From: Macrostomum lignano
Taxonomy: Eukaryota
Assembly (NCBI GenBank): GCA_002269645.1
Contig: NIVC01000200.1
Span: forward strand, 248,001-312,000
Direction of reading: 5' to 3'
DNA: 64,000 bases
Shown: in pieces, positions 41,376 through 53,374 of the stretch
Position numbering within the stretch: the stretch's first letter is position 1
Layout of the letters: each line of letters begins with the position of its first letter
The notes under the pieces: generated by a model
Told to the model about the DNA's origin: nothing
The model's input: the letters and a program-made list of their open reading frames with translations, nothing else
Databases searched by the model: none
Translations under genes and position numbers: made by a program

Positions 41376-42293
41376 AGCAGCTGATTGATCGAATCGAGGA
41401 AGTAGAGGCGAAGTCAGAATTTTTCATTTGGTTGGGATGCCAGATTTTGTCTGTTAAGAGCTGGATTGGTACAAAACAATATACATAAAAATATATCGCC
41501 AGTGCATTTAGTGTGTTCGCTAGAAATGAGATTTTTTTCCACTAAATTTGTCTGCCGTGAGTTGGCTGCAGAAGAAGACCTTCAAACCTTCGAACATTGC
41601 GGCGTCACGTCTTCCACCGCATCCTGGGCGATCCTGCGAGCACTTTAAAGCATTGAAACACCGTTTCTCCTGAGCATGCTAAATGCACTGGCGATACGGC
41701 AGATCTACGTTTCTACAGCGGGCTTAATCGGCTTGGCTGTCGCTCATGCTGCATCAGAGTGCAGCTTCCTCTCCCATTCCAGTGCAGACTTAAAGCCGGC
41801 GGGACATACAGCAGAACAGCGATACAGTGCAGTCAGTAGCAGAGCCAGTGTACAGCCCTACCGCAATATGAATGGAAAGTACTGAACAGGGCGGCTCTCT
41901 GCCCGCTGAGTACAGCAAACTGGAGATAAAGAATCTGCGATGCTCAATGCCTGCACAGGGCAGACAGACTGGGAGAGAGGAGCTGCATTGTCATTGCGAC
42001 AGGCTGCTCAGCTCCCCACTATGACCACCTCAGCAGCTTTGGCTGATTTGAATTTTGAATCATTATAAAAACACATTTTCTCTAAAATAATCAATAAAAA
42101 CAAAATTCAACCTCGTCTGACAGCTTTTACTCTACGTAATTTAATTTAATATTAACATCAAGTTGACATCAAAACAGCTGCGCAACCGTTTCCTTGGAAG
42201 AGGGCACCGATTGAAGCAGATCTGACTGTGTTTCGCTTTGTGGAAACTCTGCATTGAAAAGAATTTTCTAAATAGAAAACTCCCTGACAAACA

Positions 42294-43957
42294 ATGAGTC
42301 TTGGAGACTCCAGCGACAGCTCGAGTTCGGACGCGCCTCCCGCTTCCCCAACTCCTCTCTGCATCATCTGCGACCAAGCTGCAGTCGGTGTGGCTCCGTT
42401 CTCCCGCTGCCACATGTGCAGTCAACACCTCAGTGTCGATGTGGCCAATCTATTCAAGCTCAAGGAGGAGGTCGACGAGCTGCTGCGTGCCTACTCACAA
42501 GAGTCACAAGAGTCACAAGACTCACAATGCGCAGCAGATGCAGCTGGTCGTGCAGCGCTGCTGCGACACCGACAAGACGCTGAGTCGCTGCGTCGTCTCG
42601 CTCTCGACATCCAACAGCAGCTGCAAGAGGTCAATCACAAATTCGATTTGGTACAGCAACACATCGACTCGTTTCGTAGCAGGGTGACGGGCCAGCTCTC
42701 AGGTGTGCTTGAGGCAGTGCGTGTGTGCGAGCGGGACCTCGAGGACGTCTCCAGCTACAAGCAGGAGGTGGCCACGGCGGAGGCTGCAGGCGACATGGCG
42801 GAGCTGCTTCGCCTGGTCCAGTACATGCACGAATCGCTTGGAGACTTGGAGGCCGACTTTGAGAGGTCAGAGCGCCTGCTCAGAGACCAGAGCGACAATG
42901 AGGAGCTGCAGCTGCGGCTTCTGGGCCAGCTCGAGCGGCTGGTCGGCATTTGTGCGGGACGCAGCGAAGATCAGGGTGACTGGTTGAGAGACGCTTCGGT
43001 GACCGCGACATCCGAGGAGATTGATGCTGCTAAGAAAAAGAGAATGTTGGAGCCGATGATCTTCAGTCATGAGGTGAAGCTGGATGACCGTATTGCATGG
43101 CTGGCTGTGTGCAGCGACACCAGCCGATTCGTTGGTGACCGCTCAGGCCGTGTGGTTCCCGCCGATACTGAAGGAGACGGCAGTGAGGCTCTGCCTCAGC
43201 CATGCGTCATTGCATCATTCCTTAGGAATAAAGACCACCTACTGGTGCTGTCTGTGTGCTGTCTGTGGACGGCTCACAGAAGCTGCGGTGCCACTGCGAC
43301 ATCGACTGGGAGAAGGTCATCCGTGGCCTTCACTGCGACCGTCAGCTGCTGTTCATTGCTCAGCCTGGCGCAGTTACAGTGACGGACCTGAGCGGTCGCA
43401 CGGTGCGTCGAGTCCGCCCACACATCGAGAGCTTCAGTGACATCAGGGGAATCGGCGGCAACACAGCCTCCGTGTTTGTGTCCAGTGGAAACAAAATTGC
43501 TGCATTCAGCAAAGCGACTTGGCAGATGGAGACGGTCATCACGCTGTCTCAGCTTCCTCGTGCTGATCTGGGCAACCTGGCGACTCTCGACAACTGCATT
43601 CTGGTGACAGACTTGGAGAATGATCAGGTGCACAGAGTGCGCATCGACACCCAGCAGCTGGTCGCCTCCTTTCCGACTCAGCGTTCCGGCCTCCAACAGT
43701 TTGTTTGGCCATATGATGTGGCCGTCAACAGCAGAGGCCGCCTGTTCGTGAGTGAATGGTTGGGTCACTCAGTGCGAGCGGTGGCTGCAGACGACGAGTC
43801 GCTGTTGTTGACTCTGGGGACTCCGGGCAAGAGCGGCAGCGGAGACGGCAGATTCCAGTATCCACTGGGTCTGGCGGTGGTGACGGGAGGTCCGCGCGAG
43901 CAGCTGGTGGTGGCTGACAGAAACAACAGGAGATTGCAGGTGTTCAGTCCACCCTAA
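42294..43957 (+). pseudogene. Zn-finger/coiled-coil/NHL protein, copy 2, frameshifted
   Basis: Collinear with copy 1. An 11-bp tandem duplication gtgctgtctgt (43245-43255 / 43256-43266) shifts the frame; the NHL blades continue intact in ORF 43256-43957. Confidence 0.85.
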
Positions 43958-44204
43958 TTTTGTTCACAGGCGGATTAATAATCGAACTTTGCGGCTTCTG
44001 GAGTGATTGATTTATTGGAGGCCGGGTTTTTTGTCGAATTTCTCTTATTATGGAATTTAATATGTTAAGACCTTTTTGTACATGTACTTATACATGTATT
44101 AAGTAATTATAACAAAATTACGTTGGCGCTAAACAATTCTCTCATTGTGTGTCGTTTTCCGACTGACTGTCTCCTATTCTAGCATTAAGCAGCATCAGCG
44201 TCCT

Positions 44205-44370
44205 TGTCTCTCATCAGCTCCATCAACACCCAGTCTCTCTCATCAGCTCCATCAACACCCAGTCTCTCATCAGCACCATCAACACCCAGTCTCTCATCAG
44301 CTCCATCAACACCCAGTCTCTCATCAGCTCCATCAACACCCAGTCTCTCATCAGCTCCATCAACACAGTC
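44205..44370. repeat. 27-bp minisatellite downstream of GLO1 (related array at 50515-50805)
   Basis: ctcatcagctccatcaacacccagtct units in both copies of the duplicated segment. Confidence 0.9.
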
Positions 44371-44768
44371 TCCATCTGCCCCGAATTCATCCCCATTGAG
44401 TTCAGAGTCAAAACCAAGTAGAGAAAACAATTTTTACATTTATGATTGACAATATTTGAGTAATCAGATTTACTAGTAAAATATTTCTGAGTGGGATAAA
44501 GCGGATTTATTTTGATTATTCGAAATTCAGATTAAAGTTCGCCTCTGTCAGCAACAACTTGAAGGTGAATTGCAGAAAGGCAGGTATAAAATGATCAGTT
44601 TTAAGGCAAAGACAGTCACTGATTTGGTGCAGTGCGGTACATCAGAATTCGCTAACAGCTGAGGGCGCAAAGGGCGGTGCAGCACAGAAGAGCAGAGAGG
44701 AGGACTGACGGCTGCAGTCACTGCCGCTGTGGGCTGTCAAATTTATGAGCTGCAGCTGAGCATCCTTG

Positions 44769-45709
44769 TCAGTCCACCTTGGCGATCTCCACCATCCTGC
44801 CGGCATTGAGGATTTCAATCCAGTAGCCGTCAGGGTCCAGAATGAAGGCGAGGCCCTTCATCTTGCCGTCGTCCGGCTTCTTGGCGAACTTCACGCCGAG
44901 TCGCTCGAAACGCCTGCAGGCCTCGGCGACATCCGGGACGCTGATGCCGATGTGGCCGAAGCCGCGGGGGTCCGAGTTGCCGTTGTGGTAGGCCTGGCAA
45001 TGGGATTAGTGTGGGATGGCAATGGGATTAGTGTGGGATGGCAATGGGACTGGTGTGGGACGGCAATGGGATTGGTGTGGGATGGCAATGGGATTGGTGT
45101 GGGATGGCAATGGGATTGGGACATTGGGACTCAGCAGTCCAGACACTGGGACTCAGCAGTCCAGACAATGGGACTCAGCAGACCAGACACTGGGACTCAG
45201 CAGTCCAGACACTGGGATTCAGCAGTCCAGACACTGGGATTCAGCAGTCCAGACACTGGGACTCAGCAGTCCAGACACTGGGACTCAGCAGTCCAGACAC
45301 TGGGACTCAGCAGTCCAGACACTGGGACTCAGCAGTCCAGACATTGGGACTCAGCAGTCCAGACACTGGGATTCAGCAGTCCATGAACACACACCTGGTC
45401 AGGGTCAGACTCTGTCCCATAGTTGTGCGTCAGCTCCACAGTCCCCGGCAGCCTGAACAGGTAGGCGATGCGCTCCGTGTCGCCCTTAGGAATGCTGGCC
45501 TCCTCAGCGTAGCCCATGAAGTACAGCGAGAACGCCATGCTGGGGAAGTCGAACTTGCCGAGCAGCCGCATCCCCAGCACTGAGGAATAAAAGTCCAGCG
45601 ACCGGCGAGGGTCCTTGACTCGCAGCATCGTCTGCTGCATGATGAAGCCGCTGGTCTCGGGCGGTGGCGGCTTGCACAGAGCGGCGAGCTCAGATTTTGA
45701 TAGGGCCAT
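44769..45709 (-). CDS. GLO1: Lactoylglutathione lyase (glyoxalase I), 179 aa, two coding exons
   Basis: Exon 45395-45709 ([42 protein letters not shown]) and exon 44769-44993 ([31 protein letters not shown]). Phase-0 GT-AG intron; metal-ligand Q/E/H/E motifs present. Confidence 0.95.
44995..45385. repeat. GLO1 intron made of two abutting 22-bp minisatellites
   Basis: gggattggtgtgggatggcaat (44995-45120), then gggactcagcagtccagacact (45125-45385). Confidence 0.93.
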
Positions 45710-45779
45710 GATTGATTGACAGGTGACAGCTGGTTGCCAGGTGGGGGATTGGGGTTGGGATTGGAGTGCTGAATGTGAC

Positions 45780-46110
45780 TGATTGGCATCTGAATATGGC
45801 ACTGACTGACACTTGAATATGGCACTGATTGACACCTGAATATGACAATGATTGACACCTGAATATGGCACTGATTGACACCTGAATATGGCACTGACTG
45901 ACACCTGAATATGGCACTGATTGACACCTGAATATGGCACTGATTGACACCTGAATATTGCACTGACTGACACCTGAATATGGCACTGATTGACACCTGA
46001 ATATGGCACTGATTGACACCTGAATATGGCACTGATTGACACCTGAATATGGCACTGATTGACACCTGAATATGGCACTGATTGACACCTGAATATAGCA
46101 CTGACTGACA
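45780..46110. repeat. Minisatellite, 23-bp unit
   Basis: tgattgacacctgaatatggcac in tandem upstream of the GLO1 ATG. Confidence 0.95.
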
Positions 46111-47033
46111 CTAATTATGCTAACAATTATCAAATAAATTGAACACTCAAGGCTTCAGTTTCGCAGTCGCACTGAAGCAAGGAAAATCTTCCCCCAAGCT
46201 GCAGTTGCTGCCCAGATGCAGCCACAGCTCGCATGCCAATTTGTATTCAGACTCACCGGCACTGCAGCAATGCGATGGCCGATTGGCTATAATTGACAGG
46301 CAACAGAAATCATGCACTGGTATTGCTCAGCTTTTGACAGAATGCATGAAAATTACAGTAAGGAAAACGCTACTGACTACTAACAGTGGTAGGGAAGTGA
46401 CACACCAGCTTAGAAACCTACCGCAAATTAAAGTACATTCGGAGACTAAATGATGAGAACAATATCAATATGAAAACTTAAACTAATGCAAAGGGACTGG
46501 GGTATTCAACAACAGACATGCATATTGAGAACAACTGAAGGTCAATTATTCAAGCCTCTTAGTTGAAAAGTTGCTACTGTTAGTAACAAAACAGTAGCAA
46601 AGTACATAATGTACTTATAGATGATAACTTTGACTGACTTACAAAAATCATAACAGCATTTGTGGCTGATGGGTTAAGCTGCAGATACAGGAGGATGTGC
46701 TTGAAATATTTAATGACTGTTAATGAGCTGTTAAAATGCACTGAATCTTTATTAAGCATTCGGGACTGAGTGACATGAATATTAGGGTTTCTGAGGCTAA
46801 GATTAGTCTATCAGATGATCCACAATCTGGTCACACATCTATCAGATTATCCTCAATCTGGTCACAGATCTATCAGATGATCCACAATCTGGTCACAGAT
46901 CTATCAGATGATCCTCAATCTGGTCATAGATCTATCAGATTATCCACAATCTGGTCACACATCTATCAGATGATCTACCAGCCAATATCCAACAGAAACT
47001 GGGCCACAGCAGTCCCCACTGCACCCCACAAGA

Positions 47034-48508
47034 TCACCAGTTTTCGTGACCGCCGCTGCCGCCACCGCGCGGAAAGCCGCCGTACCGAGCGAGTCTGGGG
47101 TCCGCGCCGCTGGGCTGGCGGGACTGCGGCTGAGGCTGCGGCTGCTGCTGGGCTGGCAAAGTGGGCAGCGGAGGCAGAGACGGACCGCCGCCACCTCCGG
47201 CACCTCCCGCACCTGCGCCACTTCCGCCACCCCCGCTGCCGCCGAAGAGCGAGTCGAGAGCCTTCTGAATCTGGCCAATATTTGGCTGGGGAGGCTGCTG
47301 CTTGGACTGATGAGGCTGAGGCTGCTGGCCAGCCGCACCAGCCGCTGCCGGATTCAATAAGCTGAGAATTTTTGCCTGCAAGTCGGCTTGCTGCTGCAGA
47401 ATGCTGGCTGCTGCGGCTGCTGGGGCTGCCGGCTGCTTCTGCTGCTCTGGCGTTCTCTGAGGCGCCTGATGGTGGGGCTGATGAGGATGCTGAGGCTGCT
47501 GAGGATGCTGAGGATGCTGGCTTTGATGAGGCGGAATATTGGGATTGGAACGATTATGCTGCAGCATCGTTATTGGATGAAGCTGAGCCGGCTGGTGCTG
47601 ATGTTGCTGGTGCTCATGATGCTGTGGTGGATTCTGAGGAAGCTGGCCAATGGACTGGTTTGACGCAAAGGAAACTGGAGCACCCGATTGATGATGGCTG
47701 GAGTCTGGAATGTAATGTTGGAAAGCGGATTTGAGACCATGCTCAAGGGGATGGTGGATTTGAGATTACTTTCAAGGATGGCGAATTTGATTTGCGAAGT
47801 TCAAAAACTTTCACAGGCAGCTCATTACCCTTCGTGAGCAGCCCATGTCGGTGAGCTAAGCACCCAACTTACAGCTCTTATCCTTCACGGAGCCGGCAGA
47901 AGCCCCCGCCAGCCGCTCCCGCCTGGCCGCAATGAACTCGGCCAGCTCGTCCAGCTCCCGGCCGCTGAGCATCCGATGATCGGCCAGCAGGTGCAGCAGG
48001 TGCATCAGAGAGAAGCCGGAGGCGGCAGCTCGCGAAGGTCGCGAAGCACCGTCTCGAAATGACGGCCCAGCATGGACTGGGCGTCGTCTATGGGCATGTT
48101 GCGGTGCTCTGCGGGGGGTGGCGAGTCTTCGAGATGGCAGCTAAATGTCGGGACTCTCTGGCTCTTCCCGCAGTCTGTCTGTCTCTTCCCGCTGTCTACC
48201 TGTCTCTTTTTCTTTTATCTACCTGTCTCTTTTACTCTTTATCTTCTAATTCTCTCTTTACGTCTCAATTGGACTACTACTAGTAACACCCATCTCTAGA
48301 CTCACCAAAGGGCTGCTGGCCATAGAAGATTCTAACAGTACACGATTGGTGCATCTCATTCTGCCGATTCAACAGCACAGCGTAGAGCACGCCAGTCCTG
48401 GCCAGATCCTCCATAGCCAACGGCATTAGCGATTCGTGTTTGAGCACGATTAGATTAGTGCTCAGGGAGAGCCGGTTTAACCGGCGTTCGACACTTTCAG
48501 CATAGGGC
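47034..48508 (-). pseudogene. NCOA5: NCOA5 (nuclear receptor coactivator 5)-like gene, 3' exons, with an apparent frameshift
   Basis: Exon 48306-48508 (YAESVERRL..EDLARTGVLYAVLLNRQNEMHQSCTVRIFYG), exon 47873-48108 (EHRNMPIDDAQ.. / LLADHRMLSGRELDELAEFIAARRERL; frame break near 48030), exon 47034-47704 (Q/P-rich, DLQAKILSLLN, IQKALDSL). The motifs match NCOA5 as I recall it. No upstream coding exon was found. The frameshift could be a sequencing error. Confidence 0.7.
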
Positions 48509-49099
48509 CTGCTGCGTGGTGTTGAATGAAAACTTTCTTAGCATTTGCATGTATTAAATTAGTTTCATGGATCAGCTGGAGGGGATAGACTAGCTCAAAA
48601 GTCACGCGTCCAGCTGGGAGAAGCTGTAGACCAGTGGTCTGGCGCGGCGCTCTGATGTTTCACCGGCCCAGGCTCGATTCCAAGAGCAGTCACATTAATT
48701 CGGGGCTAAATTAGAATCTCGAATCGGTCCTGCTCGTGCAATTAACGCGTTTGAGGGCCAACCCTAAGGAACAGTGAAGTGTACATGCCTAACGATCAAT
48801 ACAGTTAGGGCTGCTGTGCACTCCTGAGAGTGTGTGCCTGTGCTTATGACTGCGTTCGCCTCCACGCGCTCGCTTGTGTGCCTCCTACTCAGGGGAGTCA
48901 GCGGCGTTAGCAGTCGTACTTAAAACTAAACAGACTGCCGATATGTATCGTAATATATTTATAGAATCTACTTATATAGAGCTACTTGATAATCGTATAA
49001 CTTATTCAAAATCGACACCTAATACGTTCGTAATACGGTGTTCCAAAAGTAAAAGGGGCCCCATAGTAGCTTCTAAACTTAAAAATTATATACACGCAC

Positions 49100-49560
49100 A
49101 TGTATATGGGCCAAGCCAGACCAGACCGCAGGCTGCACACACAGAAACGGAATGAGAAGCGCAGAGACTGCAGAGCTCAGCTGAGTGCAGCAGGAGTTGC
49201 CAGCCGGACCAACTCGGTCTCCGATGCACATTTCCAACATCGAATAGCTCGAAATTCGAATTTCGCACCGCTGCACAGACAAACAAAGTTAAATTAATAA
49301 TTATCTGCAATCGAAAACTCACCCAGAACAGGTACCAGTGTGTGCTCAGTAATTTCTCAGACTGAGCATTCTTGCAGCTGCAGAGATGCAATTCTGTGAC
49401 CTGGGATACTGGCACCGATTCAAAGTGTGTGGCACACTGGCTTTTGCAGAGCTCAGCACCCTTGCACTGGCAGCAGAGGATACTCAGCCCAGAATTCCTT
49501 GACCAGCACTGAGCTCCCTGACTCGAAATCTGACTGCATTTCGCATTTGACAGGTGAGTT
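49100..49560 (+). promoter_or_regulatory. Putative promoter/5'UTR exon block of NHL copy 3, duplicated at 62170-62620
   Basis: Near-identical blocks precede copies 3 and 5. Each ends in ttgacag|GTGAGT and is followed by a tttcag acceptor ~20 nt before the ATG. Confidence 0.55.
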
Positions 49561-49746
49561 GATTTGGAATGAGGCTGGAAATGTCTTGAAATCTGGTTTG
49601 CTGATCCCGGTGTGCATTGAGCACTTCTGCCTTCTGCTCCCTCTGTTCTCACTCTCTTTTCCATCCCTTCTCCCTCTGTTCTCCATCTTTAACCCTTTTG
49701 AGTTTAAACTTTATCTTCATTTCAGCTCCTCACCGACAATACCACA

Positions 49747-50269
49747 ATGAGCCGCAGAAGCTCCAGCGAAAGCTCGAGTTCGGACGCGCCTCCCGCTACC
49801 CCTACTCCTCTCTGCATCATCTGCGACCAAGCTTCCGTCGGTGTGGCTCCGTTCTCCCGCTGCCAGATGTGCAGTCAACACCTCAGTGTCGATGTGGCCA
49901 ATCTATTCAAGCTCAAGGAGGAGGTCGAAGAGCTGCTGCGTGTCTACTCACAAGAGTCACAAGAGCCACAAGAGTCACAAGAGTCACAAGGCGCAGCAGG
50001 TGCAGCTGGCCGTGCAGCGCTGCTGCGACACCGACAAGACGCTGAGTCGCTGCGTCGTCTCGCTCTCGACATCCAACAGCAGCTGCAAGAGGTCAATCAC
50101 AAATTCGATTTGGTACAGCAACACATCGACTCGTTTCGTAGCAGGGTGACGGGCCAGCTCTCAGGTGTGCTTGAGGCAGTGCGTGTGTGCGAGCGGGACC
50201 TCGAGGACGTCTCCAGCTACAAGCAGGAGGTGGCCACAGCGGAGGCTGCAGGCGACATGGCGGAGCTGC
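49747..50269 (+). pseudogene. Zn-finger/coiled-coil/NHL protein, copy 3, truncated by an internal deletion
   Basis: Collinear with copy 1 up to ..GDMAEL (50269), then fused to tcagcgctcgcttctgtgttgcattttc, which lies ~300 bp downstream of the stop in copies 1 and 4. The whole NHL domain is lost. Confidence 0.88.
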
Positions 50270-51204
50270 CTCAGCGCTCGCTTCTGTGTTGCATTTTCTA
50301 CAGTGGGTCATTTTTTGTGCTTTATATACGAGCACATTGGCACAGGTATTTTAACTTGATATTGAAATTGATGGAAAGTAGAAATTGGTTGCACAACTGA
50401 GTGTGCATACGGAAATAAATTTTCATGTACAAATTAGGATAGGGATCTGGGATGGGATCATGGGGATCTATGATAGGGGATCTAGCACTGGCACCGGCAT
50501 AACCGTCATTAATGATCCCATCAACACCCAGTCTCTCTCCTTAGCTCCATCAACACCCAATCTCCATCAGCTCCATCAACACTCAGTCTCTCTCCTTAGC
50601 TCCATCAACACCCAATCTCCATCAGCTCCATCAACACCCAGTCTCTCTCCTTAGCTCCGTCAACACCCAGTCTCTCATCAGCTCCATCAACACCCGTCTC
50701 TCATCAGCTCCATCAACACCCAGTGTCTCTAATCAGCTCCATCAACACCCGTCTCTCATCAGCTCCATCAACACCCAGTCTCTCATCAGCTCCATCAACA
50801 CAGTCTCCATCTGCCCAGAATTAATCCCCATTGAGTTCAAAGTCAAAACTGAGTTGTGAAAACAAGTTTTACATTTTTGATTGACAATATTTGAGTAATC
50901 AGATTTACTAGTAAAATATTTCTGAGTGGGATAAAGCGGATTTATTTTGATTATTCGGAATTCAGATTAAAGTTCGCCTCTGTCAGCAACAACTTGAAGG
51001 TGAACTGCAGAAAGGCAGGTATAAAATGATCAGTTTTAAGGCAAAGACAGTCACTGATTTGGTGCAGTGTGGTACATCAGAGTTCGCTAGCAGGTGAGGG
51101 CGCAAAGGGCGGTGCAGCACAGAAGAGCAGAGAGGAGGACTGACGGCTGCAGTCAGTGCCGCTGTGGGCTGTCAAATTTATGAGCTGCAGCTGAGCGGTC
51201 CTTG

Positions 51205-51429
51205 TCAGTCCCCCTTGGCGATCTCCACCATCCTGCCGGCATTGAGGATTTCAATCCAGTAGCCGTCAGGGTCCAGAATGGAGGCGAGGCCCTTCATCTT
51301 GCCGTCGTCCGGCTTCTTGGCGAACTTCACGCCGAGTCGGTCGAAACGCCTGCAGGCCTCGGCGACATCCGGGACGCTGATGCCGATGTGGCCGAAGCCG
51401 CGGGGGTCCGAGTTGCCGTTGTGGTAGGC
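51205..51429 (-). pseudogene. GLO1: Orphan duplicate of GLO1 exon 2
   Basis: Nearly identical to 44769-44993 (E>D, F>S in [11 protein letters not shown]>G), with duplicated 3' flank. No exon 1 upstream; the sequence after 51950 is unrelated. Confidence 0.85.
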
Positions 51430-51947
51430 CTGGCAATGGGATTGGTGTGGGATGGCAATGTTATTGGTGTGGGATGGCAATGGGATTGGTGAGAGATGGC
51501 AATGGGACTGGTGTGGGATGGCAATGGGACTGGTGTGGGATGGCAATGGGAATAGAGTGGGATGGCAATGGGACTGGTGTGGGATGGCAATGGGATTGGT
51601 GTGGGATACAATGGGATTGGTGTGGGATGGCAATGGGACTGGTGTGGGATGGCAATGGGATTGGTGTGGGATGGCAATGGGATTGGTGTGGGATGGCAAT
51701 GGGACTGGTGTGGGATGGCAATGGGACTGGTGTGGGATGGCAATGGGATTGGTGTGGGATGGCAATGGGATGGTGTGGGATGGCAATGGGATTGGTGTGG
51801 GATGGCAATGGGATTCGTGTGGGATGGCAATGGGATGGTGTGGGATGGCAATGGGATTGGTTTGGGATGGCAATGGGAATAGAGTGGGATGGCAATGGGA
51901 TTGGTGTGGGATACAATGGGATTCGTGTGGGATGGCAATGGGATTCA
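51430..51947. repeat. 22-bp minisatellite, expanded relative to 44995-45120
   Basis: gggattggtgtgggatggcaat in tandem, abutting the orphan exon acceptor. Confidence 0.95.
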
Positions 51948-52239
51948 GCAATCGAAAGGTGTTTACAGTTTACCACTTCACTTTTTCTACTGTTCTGATG
52001 GCGAATTCTGAAGCTAACTTCCGATGGCTTTTCCATCACCTCGGCTGGGCGATTTCAATATTTTTGAAATTTTGCCGCATCGTTCGGCTGCAGAGCGGGT
52101 GAATATTCGAGTGCTGTTACCTGATACTTCTAGGTCGAAGCTCGAACTTTAGAGTTGTATTTGTGTATGATTGATATCTTTCCGCTGATGATGCTGCAGA
52201 CTCTGTGTTGCATGTGAATGCACCTGTGGTACTCCGGCG

Positions 52240-52900
52240 CATCAGCCGGTGCTGCTTCCGGCAGGTTTTAAATGCCGACTTTGCATTTCTTTTGCCTCAA
52301 CGTGCAGTACGGAGTGAACCCCGTGCCACGATAGACACCACTGCCGTAGGCGAGAAGTGATGGAGCCTTCAGCTTCTGCCAACTCTGGCGGCATTTTATC
52401 TAATTTTAGTGTTGTGTTAAAGCTTTCTGTTTGGCCCTCTGCCATTGGATGATGGGCCATTGTTCGGCATTTTTACAGCCATCAGCTGACAGAGCTGCTT
52501 CACCAGCAGAGACTCATTGTTGTTGTCATTTTGACAATCCAGTTGGCGAAAAAACGAGCCAGCCTTAATTTCCACGGCAACTGGCCTCTTTGTTAACGAG
52601 TCTTGAATAGTCAGAATGAATCTGGATCCATTCCTCGATCGCAGCAATGGTCCAAGGATATTCCACATGATTCGCTGGAACGGAGCTTCTGGCACAATTG
52701 GGTGCAGCGGAGCTCGATATACCTGGCCTGGTTTTGACAGTGCAAATGCAGACAGCTCCTGCAGTACCCTTCTATCTTCCTTGAAATTCCAGGCCACCAA
52801 AACCTGGCCTTCACCTTCTCCTGGGTCTTTTTGATCAGTAGGTGACCACCTGCGACTCCTTCATGCAGCCCACTGAAGACCTGAAACAAGCTCAATGGCA
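52240..52900 (-). mobile_element. Degenerate Ty3/gypsy integrase remnant
   Basis: Frameshifted segments GGHLLIKKTQEKVKARFWWPGISRKIEGYCRSC (HHCC region), RAPLHPIVPEAPFQRIMWNILGPL..SRFILTIQDSLTK, HHPMAEGQTESFNTTL (cf. YHPQTNGQTERFNRTL). Confidence 0.8.
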
Positions 52901-53374
52901 AGACAGTTTTCGGAATCTCAGACCCTGGACCTTGAAAGATCAGAACCTGCTCAGCTGACGCTGCGGTCACAGACTACTCTCTTCCCAGGACTTCACTTGC
53001 AGTAGGGTTGACCCATTGACAGGATCTGTCAATAAATTATTTATGACCTTCAGCTGTGACTTTGAGATGACCGTGTCTCTTCCTTCTGTAGCACAATTTC
53101 AAATATCGCATTGACGCCACTGCTGTGCTGAGCCGTTGCGCAACTCGTCAAGTCAATCAGACAAAGAGTCCGCATTGCCGTGGTTTCTGCGTGGTTTCAA
53201 TGACCGAGCTTGATGTTCTATTAGAAAGTCAGTTCTGCAGTGCCTCTAGCCATCGAGCACATTGACACTCAACATCACGGATGCTTGCGAGCCACTACAG
53301 GGCTTTTTGATCAGATTGCTAAGATTTTGCAATATTTTTTCTCAGAAATGGAAGGAAGATGGGATAGCGAACGG

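Noticed and set aside
45709-47034. NCOA5-like and GLO1 as a trans-spliced operon (same strand, 1.3 kb apart, acceptor 20 nt before the GLO1 ATG)
   Set aside because: A good minus-strand donor (ccg|GTGAGT at 46256) with a nearby CCAAT box offers an ordinary cis-spliced 5'UTR. It cannot be decided without SL-containing reads.
49086-49664. Cys-rich minus-strand ORF (CCQCKGAELCKSQCATH), repeated at 62235-62699
   Set aside because: Its conservation is explained by the recent duplication. The N- and C-termini differ between copies, there is no recognisable domain, and it is antisense to the NHL leader exon.
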